Shown here piece after piece: positions 1 to 9,489 of a DNA stretch of 64,000 nucleotides. The stretch is from positions 32,001-96,000 of IMG/VR virus record IMGVR_UViG_3300037258_000514, one strand, 5' to 3'. The stretch's first letter is position 1. Every line of letters starts with the position of its first letter. Position numbers and translations under genes: made by a program. Under the pieces are notes generated by a model. The model was not told the DNA's origin. It saw only the letters and a program-made list of their open reading frames with translations, and did not search any database. The stretch is from a virus.

Positions 1-2853
1 GCAGATATTATCTGTGACCTAATTTGCTCAGGCAATAGAGAACCTGGGGACGTAGATTTTGTTTGGCAGCATGGATTAGGATTTAGTAGCTATATTCCCT
101 CCACAGTTGATGCTTATTGGGCATATAGTCGATTTGGGGGTATCTTAAAAGATGAACCTAATTTGAACGGAACTAGTGGAGGAACGCATACATTTTATCG
201 CCCAACAACATCTTCCGGTTCAGGAGGACCAGTACCGGGATATGTAAACCCCGCAAATGCTTATGACAATGATCCTACTACGTTTTCATCGGGATTTACT
301 AATGTAGCTATTGATGATCTTGTCAGTGAAACCTGGAGTGGATTTCCCGCAGGAACAGTTAGTACTAATACGTTTTTAAGAATATTGTCTTCAGTTCCAA
401 AAGTTGTTTCCGGAGGATTAGCAGAACTTCAATATTCAATTGATGGTGGATCATCCTTTACTACAATATATTCAGAAACATCGCAATCAGGACAAGATGT
501 GTCCAGAAACGAACAAACTGACTCTGTTTTAATTCCTAGTGGGACATCAATGACTGATGTTCAGGTACAAGCTATTGTAAACTTTGGATCAGGAAGTGCA
601 AGTCAACTTATTAATGAGATCTATCTTGACGCAGTAGTTTTTTCTGGAGGAGGAGGAACTGGAAGTTTAGGTTTAACAAATCTAAGAAACTACTGTATGG
701 CTTACAACATCTTTATTTCAGGAGCTATAGATAATCAATCTATAGCAGCACAAATACTAGACGATCTTGCTGCAGTGGCAAATAGCGCCCCGGTATTTGA
801 TGGCGCAGCTCTTGATTTTATTCCTTACTGCGAAGTTAGTAACTATGGGAATGGTACAAGTTATGTAGCCCTATCTGCAAGTGGGCCACTTTTTAATCTG
901 ACATCAGCTAACTTCTTGCCTGTAAAAGGAAAAGCTCCCGTTGAAGAAACTTATGATAGAGCAAAAGATAACTTCAACTCAATTCAAGTAGGATTTAAAG
1001 ATGCTACTGCTCAATGGACAGATAACTTTATAATCTTAACAGATTCAATGGATGTTACTATCCAAGGAGCAATGAATTCTACACAGAGAAATTTTTCGTA
1101 TATAACGAATGCAGCTACAGCGCAAGCCGTTGGGTATCCACTATTACGGCGAACATTATTAGTAGAACGAAAAGAATATAAATTTTCTCTTCCTGCCGTT
1201 TGGTCTACAATCCTTACACCAATGGATCTAGTTACATTAGATGAATCTACGATTAGTTCTTATCCAATACCTGTAAGGATTAAAACTTTATCGCTAGATA
1301 AAAAAATGGAACTGCAAGTTACGGCTGAACCATACATCTATGCATCAAGCAGTCCGATAGTTCCGGGAGCGACAGGAACTGCGCAAGCTATTCAAAACCC
1401 CGGGAATGGTAGTAATGATCCGGGAAATATTAATACACCTATAATTTTAGAAACAGTTCCAAAACTTATACCGACAGGACCCTCAATTGCATTTTGTGTT
1501 TCAGGTTCCGGAGCCTACTGGGGCGGCGCTATTATTTGGATGTCCACTGATGGAGGAAATTCTTATGCGCAAGTTGCAGGTGTAACAAATAGACAAACAC
1601 AGGGAGTAACATCAACATCAACATATCCTAATAATACTGACCCTGATAGCACAGACAGTTTATTTGTTGATTTAACTGAGAGTTTAGGGACACTCAATAG
1701 TGTTTCGTCTTCACAGCAAGATCAATTCTTTCCTTCTTTGTGTTACTTACAAGGCGGAGGAACATTTACAGATCCAAACGGTAATATCTTTACAATTCCT
1801 TATGAATTGGTGTCATTTCAAACTGCAACATTAACTGCTGCTAATAAATATGAAATGGGTGCTGTTACATCTACGCCTATTCGACGCGGCGTATTTAATA
1901 CGCCTCCTACTTCACATGCATCAGGCAGTCAGTTTTCGTTTTTATCAGATGGTATTGTAGTAACAATAAATCTTCCAAACAACTTAATTGGAACAACGCT
2001 TTACTTTAAGTTTACTTCATTTAATATTCAGGGAGGTAGTTCTCAGCAACTACAAGATGTTTCTGCATATACATTTACTCCAACAGGTCAGGTTGGATGG
2101 ATGCAAGGCACATACACTGTTTCTCCACAACCTACAATTTACCAAGGCCAGAGTGGAGGGTGGGCTGGTGTTGATACAAATAGTTCTACATGGACTACAT
2201 CAGCAGATATATACTTCCCACCTATTACAACGACTTATTCAGGTGGATCATCTGTGAAATATGCTGCAAGAGATGCGGGAATCGTTGCGTTTACTAATCC
2301 GCTAGGTGGCGAACAAACTTGGGTTACAATTTATGATCCTGGGTTGGTAGGAGATTTTGGCGCATCTTCTCTTCTTAACACGTATGCTGATCTAAACCAG
2401 ACACGGTGGAATACGCCCGGCTATATTCGTGTAGGTACTCTGACATCATTAGCTTTCTCTGGTGGAGGCGGTTCAGGGGGAGGTGGAGGAACAAGTCCAG
2501 GTGGAGTAAACGATTCCATTATGTATATTCCAATTGTTGCTGGAACGTATGCCGCAAATCAAGAATTATTTTACACAATTTATCCAAGAACCGTTACTTT
2601 CCCTGTAAATCTAACAGGTACAACTGTTGGAAGTAGAGTTAATCCAACTTCTACTGTAACTGTAACATTAAATAAAAATGGAAGTTCAATAGGAACAATT
2701 AGTATAACATCGGCAGGGGTAGCAACAATAACATTTACGGCTGCTGTTTCATTTAACGGAATTTCAGATAGCTTTAGTATCGTAGCACCTTCTAGTTCTG
2801 ATTCTGCCTTTGCAGGTTTCTTCATGGCGATATACGCAAGTAGGAGCAACTAA
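1..2853 (+). CDS. phage tail / tip attachment protein J-like (5'-truncated by window edge)
   Basis: Frame is open from position 1. 'LTPMDLVTLDE...PVRI' and 'WGGAIIWMSTDGGNSY...LYFKFTSFN' are typical of phage tail host-specificity proteins; Gly/Ser/Thr-rich. Confidence 0.8.
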   Translation, partial: ADIICDLICSGNREPGDVDFVWQHGLGFSSYIPSTVDAYWAYSRFGGILKDEPNLNGTSGGTHTFYRPTTSSGSGGPVPGYVNPANAYDNDPTTFSSGFTNVAIDDLVSETWSGFPAGTVSTNTFLRILSSVPKVVSGGLAELQYSIDGGSSFTTIYSETSQSGQDVSRNEQTDSVLIPSGTSMTDVQVQAIVNFGSGSASQLINEIYLDAVVFSGGGGTGSLGLTNLRNYCMAYNIFISGAIDNQSIAAQILDDLAAVANSAPVFDGAALDFIPYCEVSNYGNGTSYVALSASGPLFNLTSANFLPVKGKAPVEETYDRAKDNFNSIQVGFKDATAQWTDNFIILTDSMDVTIQGAMNSTQRNFSYITNAATAQAVGYPLLRRTLLVERKEYKFSLPAVWSTILTPMDLVTLDESTISSYPIPVRIKTLSLDKKMELQVTAEPYIYASSSPIVPGATGTAQAIQNPGNGSNDPGNINTPIILETVPKLIPTGPSIAFCVSGSGAYWGGAIIWMSTDGGNSYAQVAGVTNRQTQGVTSTSTYPNNTDPDSTDSLFVDLTESLGTLNSVSSSQQDQFFPSLCYLQGGGTFTDPNGNIFTIPYELVSFQTATLTAANKYEMGAVTSTPIRRGVFNTPPTSHASGSQFSFLSDGIVVTINLPNNLIGTTLYFKFTSFNIQGGSSQQLQDVSAYTFTPTGQVGWMQGTYTVSPQPTIYQGQSGGWAGVDTNSSTWTTSADIYFPPITTTYSGGSSVKYAARDAGIVAFTNPLGGEQTWVTIYDPGLVGDFGASSLLNTYADLNQTRWNTPGYIRVGTLTSLAFSGGGGSGGGGGTSPGGVNDSIMYIPIVAGTYAANQELFYTIYPRTVTFPVNLTGTTVGSRVNPTSTVTVTLNKNGSSIGTISITSAGVATITFTAAVSFNGISDSFSIVAPSSSDSAFAGFFMAIYASRSN

Positions 2854-4190
2854 TGTCAATTCGTTTTGTTGAATCCGGCGGACAATACCATCTTAACTCT
2901 GGAGTGGGAGTTGCAGGAGTATGGGGATCCGCTTCTAGTAACGGCATTGTTAGTAATGCTATTGCTAGGAATGGTAGTACTTATGCTTATGGGCAGAATA
3001 GTAACTTAAAAACTCCCAATCTTGGAGGCGGTTCAGGATATAATGGCATGGTTGCTGGATTTGCGCTTTATTCTCCAACGATTACAAACAATCAACAACT
3101 AATTGTCTTTTTAGATAATTCGAATGCAAATCAATGCGATGTTAGAATGAATGGCTCCGGCCAGCTTTTCTTCACAAGAAATGGAACAACGATAGGAAGC
3201 ACTAGTACAAGCGTTTTAACTGCAAATACCTGGAGTTATATAGAATTTAAAGCTTCATTTAGTATAACGGGAACAGGCAGTTGTGAAGTTAGAGTAAATG
3301 GAATAGTATTTGTATCCTCTTCGAGTTTGACAAATGCTACTACAACAGCGAAAGGGTTTGGTGTTCAATTTGCTACAGAAAATGCAGCAAATGCAGCTGC
3401 TATGGATTTTTATGTACTCGACACTGACTCAAGTAGCGGTGGCGGTTCAAATCCAAATAATACGTATTTAGGTGATATAACAGTTGCAGAAATTTATCCG
3501 AACGGCGCTGGAGTTCATTCGGATTGGTCGCAAGCTACAAACAATGGCGGAGCAGGTTCTCCTCCTCCGTTTGCTTTGTCATCATGTAATAATACATCAG
3601 GCGGCACAACTGTTTATAACAGAACAACAACTGCAACAGGAGAAGCTACCAATGCCTACCAAGGCTACTACTTTATTGTATCAGGATTTGTCACACATAG
3701 CGCACAGAATAATGGGACATTTTTATGTGATTTATCATCAACTACAACAATAACGTTATCGAATCCGAATGGGATAGCCGAAACTGTTTCTGCATCGGCA
3801 GCTTTCCAAGCTATTACGCAATGCGGTATCCATGGCGGTATTGTAGACGGCTATCAACTTGGCGCTGTTGGAACGCGTAATAATGGTGATGCTACATTTA
3901 TACTAGACAGTTCTTCAGGCGATATAAATGATTTTGCTCATCAAACCCTACCAGGAATCGGTACAATTTATGGTGTAGTTCATGTTTCTCTAGCCCGGGA
4001 TGATGCTGGCGGCGGAGCAACAATGAATCAAGTTTGTATTTCAAATGCGACTACTGAAACATCGACAGCTATTTCTCTTGGAGCTTCGTACCAGTACTAT
4101 CAAGACATTATCGAACTAGATCCTCATACATCAGCAACATGGACTGGTTCAAATTATAATGCGGCTACATTCGGTCCAAAGAAAACATAA
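2853..4190 (+). CDS. putative virion structural protein with a ConA/LamG-like beta domain
   Basis: TAATG coupling to the tail gene; 'LTANTWSYIEFK...CEVRVNG...DFYVLD' and 'DPHTSATWT' motifs. Confidence 0.6.
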   Translation: MSIRFVESGGQYHLNSGVGVAGVWGSASSNGIVSNAIARNGSTYAYGQNSNLKTPNLGGGSGYNGMVAGFALYSPTITNNQQLIVFLDNSNANQCDVRMNGSGQLFFTRNGTTIGSTSTSVLTANTWSYIEFKASFSITGTGSCEVRVNGIVFVSSSSLTNATTTAKGFGVQFATENAANAAAMDFYVLDTDSSSGGGSNPNNTYLGDITVAEIYPNGAGVHSDWSQATNNGGAGSPPPFALSSCNNTSGGTTVYNRTTTATGEATNAYQGYYFIVSGFVTHSAQNNGTFLCDLSSTTTITLSNPNGIAETVSASAAFQAITQCGIHGGIVDGYQLGAVGTRNNGDATFILDSSSGDINDFAHQTLPGIGTIYGVVHVSLARDDAGGGATMNQVCISNATTETSTAISLGASYQYYQDIIELDPHTSATWTGSNYNAATFGPKKT

Positions 4191-4193
4191 CAA

Positions 4194-4499
4194 ATGGCGA
4201 TTAGAAATAGTCAAGACATTACACTAGTTGTTTTTTCAGGACAACCAAATGTAAGAGTTTCGCAAGACATTACACTAGTTGTTTTTTCAGGACAACCAAA
4301 TGTAAGAGTTTCGCAAGACATTACACTAGTTGCTTATACGAGACTTTTTGGTCCTGCAACACAGCTACTTACATTTACTGATCCTGGATTCGGTTTTAAG
4401 CCTGTGATACGAAGAAATCAAGGATTATTTCAAACGGCAAGTACTTTAGTATATCCAACAACACGAAAAGTATTTCCGATTGTATTTTGTGTAACATAG
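4194..4499 (+). CDS. small protein with 17-aa tandem repeats
   Basis: SQDITLVVFSGQPNVRV repeated about 2.4 times. Confidence 0.6.
   Translation: MAIRNSQDITLVVFSGQPNVRVSQDITLVVFSGQPNVRVSQDITLVAYTRLFGPATQLLTFTDPGFGFKPVIRRNQGLFQTASTLVYPTTRKVFPIVFCVT
4212..4332 (+). repeat. 51-bp perfect tandem repeat (coding)
   Basis: caagacattacactagttgttttttcaggacaaccaaatgtaagagtttcg twice plus a partial third copy. Confidence 0.95.
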
Positions 4500-4508
4500 G
4501 GAGGCAGT

Positions 4509-6002
4509 ATGAAGTGGAAGTTAGTTACAGCATTGCTATGTATTTGTATTGGAATCGTATCGTGTACAAAACCCGCGCAACAATCGAGTGCCAAACTTGT
4601 ACAAAATAAAACACTCGCACCCGAACAGCCTCAACCCAGTACAGTGCAAGGGGCGCCAACAAGTTATACAGTTGCAAGAACCGATCAAGCTATAACACAG
4701 GTTCCTGCTCCAATGCCTAAGTGGGGTTCAACAGGTATAGGACAGAAATGGTGTAATCCTGCTTTCAACGGAATTTGTATGATTCGTTTAACAGATAGAA
4801 CATCATGGCCGAATGCTGCCTCGGGTTTATCTGTTGAAGCCGGGAAAGAAAATCCTTTTTCAAAGGATTCAAAGTTTGTTATGGTATCGAATTCTAACGG
4901 AGCTTCGAAGATAATTGCGTTTGATCCGAAGAAAGAGCTCCCCAAAGCAACCGCTACCGTATTTAAAAACGGTCCTGCTGAATTTTCTTACAATGAAGCA
5001 AATAGTGCATTTCAGCGGCAGAATAAAACTCAAGTTGCTAAACTTACTTCAACAAATAGCTGGTTAACATATTCATCAACATTAGTATATGATTTTGCTA
5101 AGTGTTTGCCTACAGGATATGTTGTTACATGGGTAAGTTCCTGGTCGATCTCTTCGAGCGATACAGAGTTTACTTCCATTTATTCAAATAATGGCGGACA
5201 AGGATCTGGTGGACTTGTAGTGTACTGGAAGAAAAGTAAAGGCTGTGCATCGTTAAATACACTTACAGGAGTTGTAACAGACTGGAACGGAAAAGTACTC
5301 GGGACTATTGATGATGGATCTAAGCCTCTAGCCGATAGATTTGTTGTTCATGATGGTGGTTCTGTAAAAATGCCTGGAGTCGTATCTTTGGGTTATTCAG
5401 TTAATGACAATACTAAAGGTGCGAAAGGGACATCAGGTTGTAAAGCAGGAGATTGCGCTGGTAATGATCCTTACTTTTGGGAAGTGTATGATTCATCAGG
5501 AAAAGTTACTACGCATCTTCGACCATGCGGTCCTTATCAATGCGGAGGACATTCAGCCTCAGCGTATCAACATGCTGCGGGCAAAAAGCTAGAATTGCAC
5601 AATCTATTAAATCCTTCAACACCTTTAACAAAGTTAATTACACTTCCCTGTTGCGGTTATGACATGCAAGGATCTTGGAATAATGCTGATAGCACAAGTG
5701 CGCAGCCAATAGCAATCGTTACGTCACTTGTAACAAAAGTACCTGGTCCTCCATTTAACGGACCTTACCAGAATGAAATCACAATGGTTCAACCTGTAGC
5801 TAATGGCAAAGCTTGGAGAGAGGGGCAAACATTAAATACAGGAATGTCTCCTTACTATATTTGCCAAACAGCGCATCAATCTATAAGTCCGGATGGACAT
5901 TGGGTTCTATTCTCTACAGATGCTGGGGGTAATGGCGCTTTAGGGTATGAAGTAGGTAGCGCTATATCTGCATGTGACGCCTTCTTGATGGAATTAAAAT
6001 AA
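4509..6002 (+). CDS. secreted lipoprotein, probable beta-propeller
   Basis: Signal peptide with lipobox (IVSC); terminal 'SISPDGHWVLFSTD' TolB-like motif; many Cys; RBS GGAGG. Confidence 0.65.
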   Translation: MKWKLVTALLCICIGIVSCTKPAQQSSAKLVQNKTLAPEQPQPSTVQGAPTSYTVARTDQAITQVPAPMPKWGSTGIGQKWCNPAFNGICMIRLTDRTSWPNAASGLSVEAGKENPFSKDSKFVMVSNSNGASKIIAFDPKKELPKATATVFKNGPAEFSYNEANSAFQRQNKTQVAKLTSTNSWLTYSSTLVYDFAKCLPTGYVVTWVSSWSISSSDTEFTSIYSNNGGQGSGGLVVYWKKSKGCASLNTLTGVVTDWNGKVLGTIDDGSKPLADRFVVHDGGSVKMPGVVSLGYSVNDNTKGAKGTSGCKAGDCAGNDPYFWEVYDSSGKVTTHLRPCGPYQCGGHSASAYQHAAGKKLELHNLLNPSTPLTKLITLPCCGYDMQGSWNNADSTSAQPIAIVTSLVTKVPGPPFNGPYQNEITMVQPVANGKAWREGQTLNTGMSPYYICQTAHQSISPDGHWVLFSTDAGGNGALGYEVGSAISACDAFLMELK

Positions 6003-6048
6003 CAAGACACTTTGTCTAAACTACATTAAAATACAAAAGGAGAAGTAA

Positions 6049-6675
6049 ATGAATACACTAACAGTAAAATTTAGGAACGTAGAAATTGACGATATTCCGC
6101 GTATGGCAACATCACTACTCCTAATCCCGATTCTAGTCGTTATGCTGGGAGCCTGGAGTTGTAGTGTTCAACAAACACAAACATGGTTACAGATTGCGCA
6201 GAGTGATTTACCTGTTCTTTCACAAGAAGCTGTAAATATTTTAAATCTTGTGAATCCTGCTGATAGTGCGATTGCGCAACAAGTATCTACCGCTGCCACA
6301 GTAGCATTAACCCTTATCACTGATGCTATTGCAGCTTACAATGTTAATCCATCAGCTACTACATTGCAGGCCGTTGCAGCAGCATTCGATAAAGCAGGAA
6401 GTGAACTATCAGGATTAATGCAAACATTAACGTTTGTTAATCCTACAGATGAGTTGATCGTTGGCGCGGCTGTAGCTGCTATTGTTACAACACTTGACAT
6501 AATTGCTTTACAGATTCCGGGATCAGCTCCGAATGCAATGAAGGCGCGATTCTCTAGAATGTCAAAATCCGGAACAGTTAAGAATTCTATTCCTACTCCG
6601 CAACAACTTAAGAAAAATTGGAATAAGAATATATGTTCTAAGGGCGTAAATGTTACAACTTGTAAATTGAAGTAG
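6049..6675 (+). CDS. putative lipoprotein / membrane protein
   Basis: Hydrophobic segment ending AWSC; helical and Ala-rich; RBS AAGGAG. Confidence 0.6.
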   Translation: MNTLTVKFRNVEIDDIPRMATSLLLIPILVVMLGAWSCSVQQTQTWLQIAQSDLPVLSQEAVNILNLVNPADSAIAQQVSTAATVALTLITDAIAAYNVNPSATTLQAVAAAFDKAGSELSGLMQTLTFVNPTDELIVGAAVAAIVTTLDIIALQIPGSAPNAMKARFSRMSKSGTVKNSIPTPQQLKKNWNKNICSKGVNVTTCKLK

Positions 6676-6683
6676 GAGTTCAC

Positions 6684-6899
6684 ATGAAACTAAAACTAAC
6701 ACTTTTATTGCTAACGCTATCACCTATGATGTATGCATCGCAGCTTGATAGTAAATCATTGTTTATAGGCGTAGGACTTGGTTTAGGAACCTATGCTTCA
6801 CGACAATATATCGCAAAACCTGTAGCAAAAGCAACAAAGAAAGCTGCGAAGAAAACAGCATACGGTGCCGTTCATATTGTTACCCTAGGGAAGAAGTAA
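6684..6899 (+). CDS. small membrane protein
   Basis: RBS AGGAG; hydrophobic segments and a basic tail. Confidence 0.55.
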   Translation: MKLKLTLLLLTLSPMMYASQLDSKSLFIGVGLGLGTYASRQYIAKPVAKATKKAAKKTAYGAVHIVTLGKK

Positions 6900-6911
6900 G
6901 GAGTAATCTAA

Positions 6912-7658
6912 ATGAGCAACAGGAAGTTAGGAAAGCTCGCTCCAAAGCAAAATGCTAAAACACTAAAACTCTCTAAATATACTTTTGCTCTGCCTCAAGC
7001 ACCTGCAAAAATATATAGAGAGTATAAAATCCCAGAAGAACTTTGGGGGATGGATGCAAATGATCTGTATGGTGATTGTACATGTGCTGCTATTGCGCAT
7101 ATGTTAATGCTTATAACAGCACATACAGGTACAATGGTAGTACCAACCACACAACAGGTACTTCAGGAATATAGTGATATAACAGGCTTTAACGTTGGAC
7201 CTCCACCAATCAATGATAACGGTGCAGCTATAACTGATGTTCTTAACTATTGGAGAACAACAGGTATTGCAGGGCATAAGATTCTTGGATGGGTTCAAAT
7301 TGACCACACAAATATTGAAGTGGTTAAGCAGGCTATCTGGTTGTTTGGAGCCGTTGATATCGGTGTGATGCTACCGAATTCTGCATCGACTCAAACAGAT
7401 AACAGACAATCATGGAATATAGTTAAACCTGATGGTGGTATTGATGGCGGCCATTCTATTCCTATATTTGGCTATGGAGCGGATGGTTGTACAAGTGTAA
7501 CTTGGGGACAGTTGCAACAGATTAATTGGGCTTGGTTTAACAAGTATTGTGACGAAGCTTATGCAGTCCTTACTGAGGATTGGATTAATCAGGCAACTCA
7601 ATCAGCCCCGAATAATTTTAACTTAGATCAGCTGAAGCAAGATTTAGCGGCGTTGTAA
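6912..7658 (+). CDS. papain-like (C1-type) cysteine peptidase
   Basis: 'ND.YGDCTCAAIAH' catalytic Cys, 'GGHSIPIFGY' His, 'VTWG'. Confidence 0.8.
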   Translation: MSNRKLGKLAPKQNAKTLKLSKYTFALPQAPAKIYREYKIPEELWGMDANDLYGDCTCAAIAHMLMLITAHTGTMVVPTTQQVLQEYSDITGFNVGPPPINDNGAAITDVLNYWRTTGIAGHKILGWVQIDHTNIEVVKQAIWLFGAVDIGVMLPNSASTQTDNRQSWNIVKPDGGIDGGHSIPIFGYGADGCTSVTWGQLQQINWAWFNKYCDEAYAVLTEDWINQATQSAPNNFNLDQLKQDLAAL

Positions 7659-7669
7659 GAAAGGACAAA

Positions 7670-7882
7670 ATGTCAGTCCTTGCATGGATTATTAAAGTGT
7701 ACAATAAACTAGTTGCTCTATACAAAATTGCGGAGCAAATACAGAAACAACAGCAGCTTTATCAACAAGATATAGATACAAGATTTGATACTGTAGATAA
7801 GGATCTTGCGTCTATTAAAAAAGCAATTGGGATAGGTGTTCCTGTACAAGAAACAATTGTATGGGGCGCACCAAAACCATAG
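7670..7882 (+). CDS. small coiled-coil protein
   Basis: RBS AAGGA; heptad pattern. Confidence 0.6.
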   Translation: MSVLAWIIKVYNKLVALYKIAEQIQKQQQLYQQDIDTRFDTVDKDLASIKKAIGIGVPVQETIVWGAPKP

Positions 7883-7916
7883 ATGTTACACAACTAAATG
7901 CGAAAGGAAATTACAA

Positions 7917-8240
7917 ATGCCAGCAACAATTACAGATGTACAGTCAATCCCGGTAACAGGTATCGCAGCGGTTGATGCTGCGGGTGAAGCTGTTACAGTT
8001 GATACCACGCAAGTTACAACAAGTGTTGGGGATCCAACACTTCTTGCGTTCACCTTAGATCCAACAACTAACCTCCCAACGTTTAGTTTCAACAAGGGAG
8101 TATTTACAGGAACTCTTCCTGCAACAAGTCAAGTTAGTTTACAGGACACAGTAAATAATCTAACTTCGCAGGATACAGTTACTGTTAATGCGTCTGCTGC
8201 CACATCTGAGACAGTTCAGTTCGGTACGCCGACTCCGTAA
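7917..8240 (+). CDS. Ig-like beta protein (start revised to MPATITD)
   Basis: RBS AAAGGA before ATG 7917; Thr/Val-rich beta composition. Confidence 0.6.
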   Translation: MPATITDVQSIPVTGIAAVDAAGEAVTVDTTQVTTSVGDPTLLAFTLDPTTNLPTFSFNKGVFTGTLPATSQVSLQDTVNNLTSQDTVTVNASAATSETVQFGTPTP

Positions 8241-8259
8241 GATTTCATAACTGATTAAT

Positions 8260-8292
8260 AAACCGGACAGCTAAATACTGTCCGGTTTTTTA
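8260..8292 (+). terminator. rho-independent terminator
   Basis: aaaccggacag-ctaaata-ctgtccggttt followed by a T run. Confidence 0.85.
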
Positions 8293-8302
8293 TCTTCTCA
8301 TC

Positions 8303-8740
8303 ATGCTAACAAACGTAGCAGCAGAGCGGCAAAAGAAGACACGATCCGACAGATTAGCTCGTGTAAAAGATCTTCTTCTAACGGGAGCTTCTAACGCTGT
8401 TATTTCAGAAGAACTACATGCAACTGAAAGAACAGTTAAAGCTTACATGCACTCTTTATTTACAATATACAATATCACAGGTAAATGCAAAAGAGTAAAG
8501 TTAGCCGTAAGATTAATTGACGATGTAGAAAAAGAACAGACAAATTTAAATATGACAAAGCTAGAGAAACTAATAATAAATCTTGTTGTAGAAGGAAAAA
8601 TTAATCGACAGATTAGCGAAGAACTCCATTTATCAGAAAATATGGTAAAAAATTATCTCCGCACTATATATGATAAAACAGGAATGGGTTGCAGAACAGA
8701 GTTAGCACTCTGGGCAAAATCAAAAAGTTTCGTTGCTTAG
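8303..8740 (+). CDS. tandem LuxR-type HTH regulator
   Basis: Two copies of 'G..N..ISEELH..E..VK.Y...IY.K.G...R.ELA'. Confidence 0.85.
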   Translation: MLTNVAAERQKKTRSDRLARVKDLLLTGASNAVISEELHATERTVKAYMHSLFTIYNITGKCKRVKLAVRLIDDVEKEQTNLNMTKLEKLIINLVVEGKINRQISEELHLSENMVKNYLRTIYDKTGMGCRTELALWAKSKSFVA

Positions 8741-8756
8741 GGAGGCAACGCTTGAA

Positions 8757-8800
8757 GGGCTACAAACTGCTCCTGGAAGGGTTTGTAGCCCATTTTTATT
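8757..8800 (+). terminator. rho-independent terminator
   Basis: gggctacaaac...gtttgtagccc followed by atttttatt. Confidence 0.8.
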
Positions 8801-8812
8801 TTAAAGAAAAGC

Positions 8813-8842
8813 TTGACATTGGACCCTCAATTTTTATATTAT
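8813..8842 (+). promoter_or_regulatory. sigma70-type promoter predicting a leaderless transcript from the ATG at 8849
   Basis: TTGACA (8813-8818), 18 nt, TATTAT (8837-8842), 6 nt, ATG. Confidence 0.75.
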
Positions 8843-8848
8843 TACGCT

Positions 8849-9328
8849 ATGACATAGATGAATCAGAACGCCCCGAATCCTGCCGATAAATACGTGTATC
8901 TCTTCGTCCGCCAAGATCTACCAATTCAACACCAAATTGTTCAATCCAATCACGCCACTCATATGATGGCTTCGATTCGCCCGGAAGAGTGCGTGCCCAA
9001 TATCGTACTTATTGGTGTGCCCGACTTAAACGCTCTTCTTCGTGTGGCGCAGAAGCTTAGAGCTAATCAAATTCCTCACTACGAGTGGGTCGAACCAGAT
9101 TTTGATTTAGGTTTTACTTCAATTGCTACTGCTCCGATTACTGGAGAGAAGCGTCAAGTTTTGAAGAACTATAGACTTTATTCCCCTGGAACCGTTGCGG
9201 TAAACGGCGTCGCTTGTATAGACCAGCCAATCCGCGCAGCTTGTCTCTTAACTGAGGACAGGGGAGCCAGTGCCCGAGTAGCTCAACAGCAAGAGCAGCC
9301 CGGTCTAAACGGGATGGCTGAAGGTTAA
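8849..9328 (+). CDS. Pth2-like peptidyl-tRNA hydrolase with an in-frame amber at codon 3 (ATG ACA TAG ATG)
   Basis: 'YLFVRQDL....QIVQSNHA', 'IVLIGV', 'EPD...GFTSIATAP' match phage Pth2-fold proteins; C-terminus runs into tRNA-like elements. Confidence 0.75.
9182..9269 (+). ncRNA. degenerate tRNA-like RNA 1
   Basis: Acceptor TCCCCTG/CAGGGGA + G + CCA; D-like stem CCGTT/AACGG; weak T arm. Confidence 0.55.
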
Positions 9329-9347
9329 AGTCCTTCCTTGGGCACCA
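9272..9347 (+). tRNA. atypical tRNA with CUA (amber) anticodon
   Basis: 76-nt cloverleaf, GCCCGAG/CTTGGGC-A-CCA; loop GT-CTA-AA with CTA at nt 34-36; non-canonical D loop and T loop (TTAAAGT). Confidence 0.8.
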
Positions 9348-9350
9348 TAT

Positions 9351-9400
9351 AGGGCGGGCTAGCGCGCTAGCTAGGGGCTTCAGTGCCTCCCGCCCTACCA
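9351..9400 (+). ncRNA. 50-nt tRNA mimic (acceptor + T arm + one short hairpin, CCA end)
   Basis: AGGGCGG/CCGCCCT-A-CCA; T-like GGGGC-TTCAGT-GCCTC; palindromic GCTAGCGCGCTAGC. Confidence 0.65.
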
Positions 9401-9405
9401 GATAT

Positions 9406-9486
9406 GCCGCTGTAGCTCAGATGGGCTGTATCCAGAGCAGCTTCCTTTTAGGGAGCAGGTCGGTGGTTCGATTCCATCCAGCGGCT
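9406..9486 (+). tRNA. atypical tRNA, anticodon UUU (Lys-like), expanded D loop, no encoded CCA
   Basis: GCCGCTG/CAGCGGC; GCTTC-CT-TTT-AG-GGAGC; GGTTCGATTCC. Confidence 0.7.
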
Positions 9487-9489
9487 CTC

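Noticed and set aside
4212-4332. Possible CRISPR array
   Set aside because: Contiguous identical 51-bp units with no unique spacers, in frame within an ORF; no cas genes.
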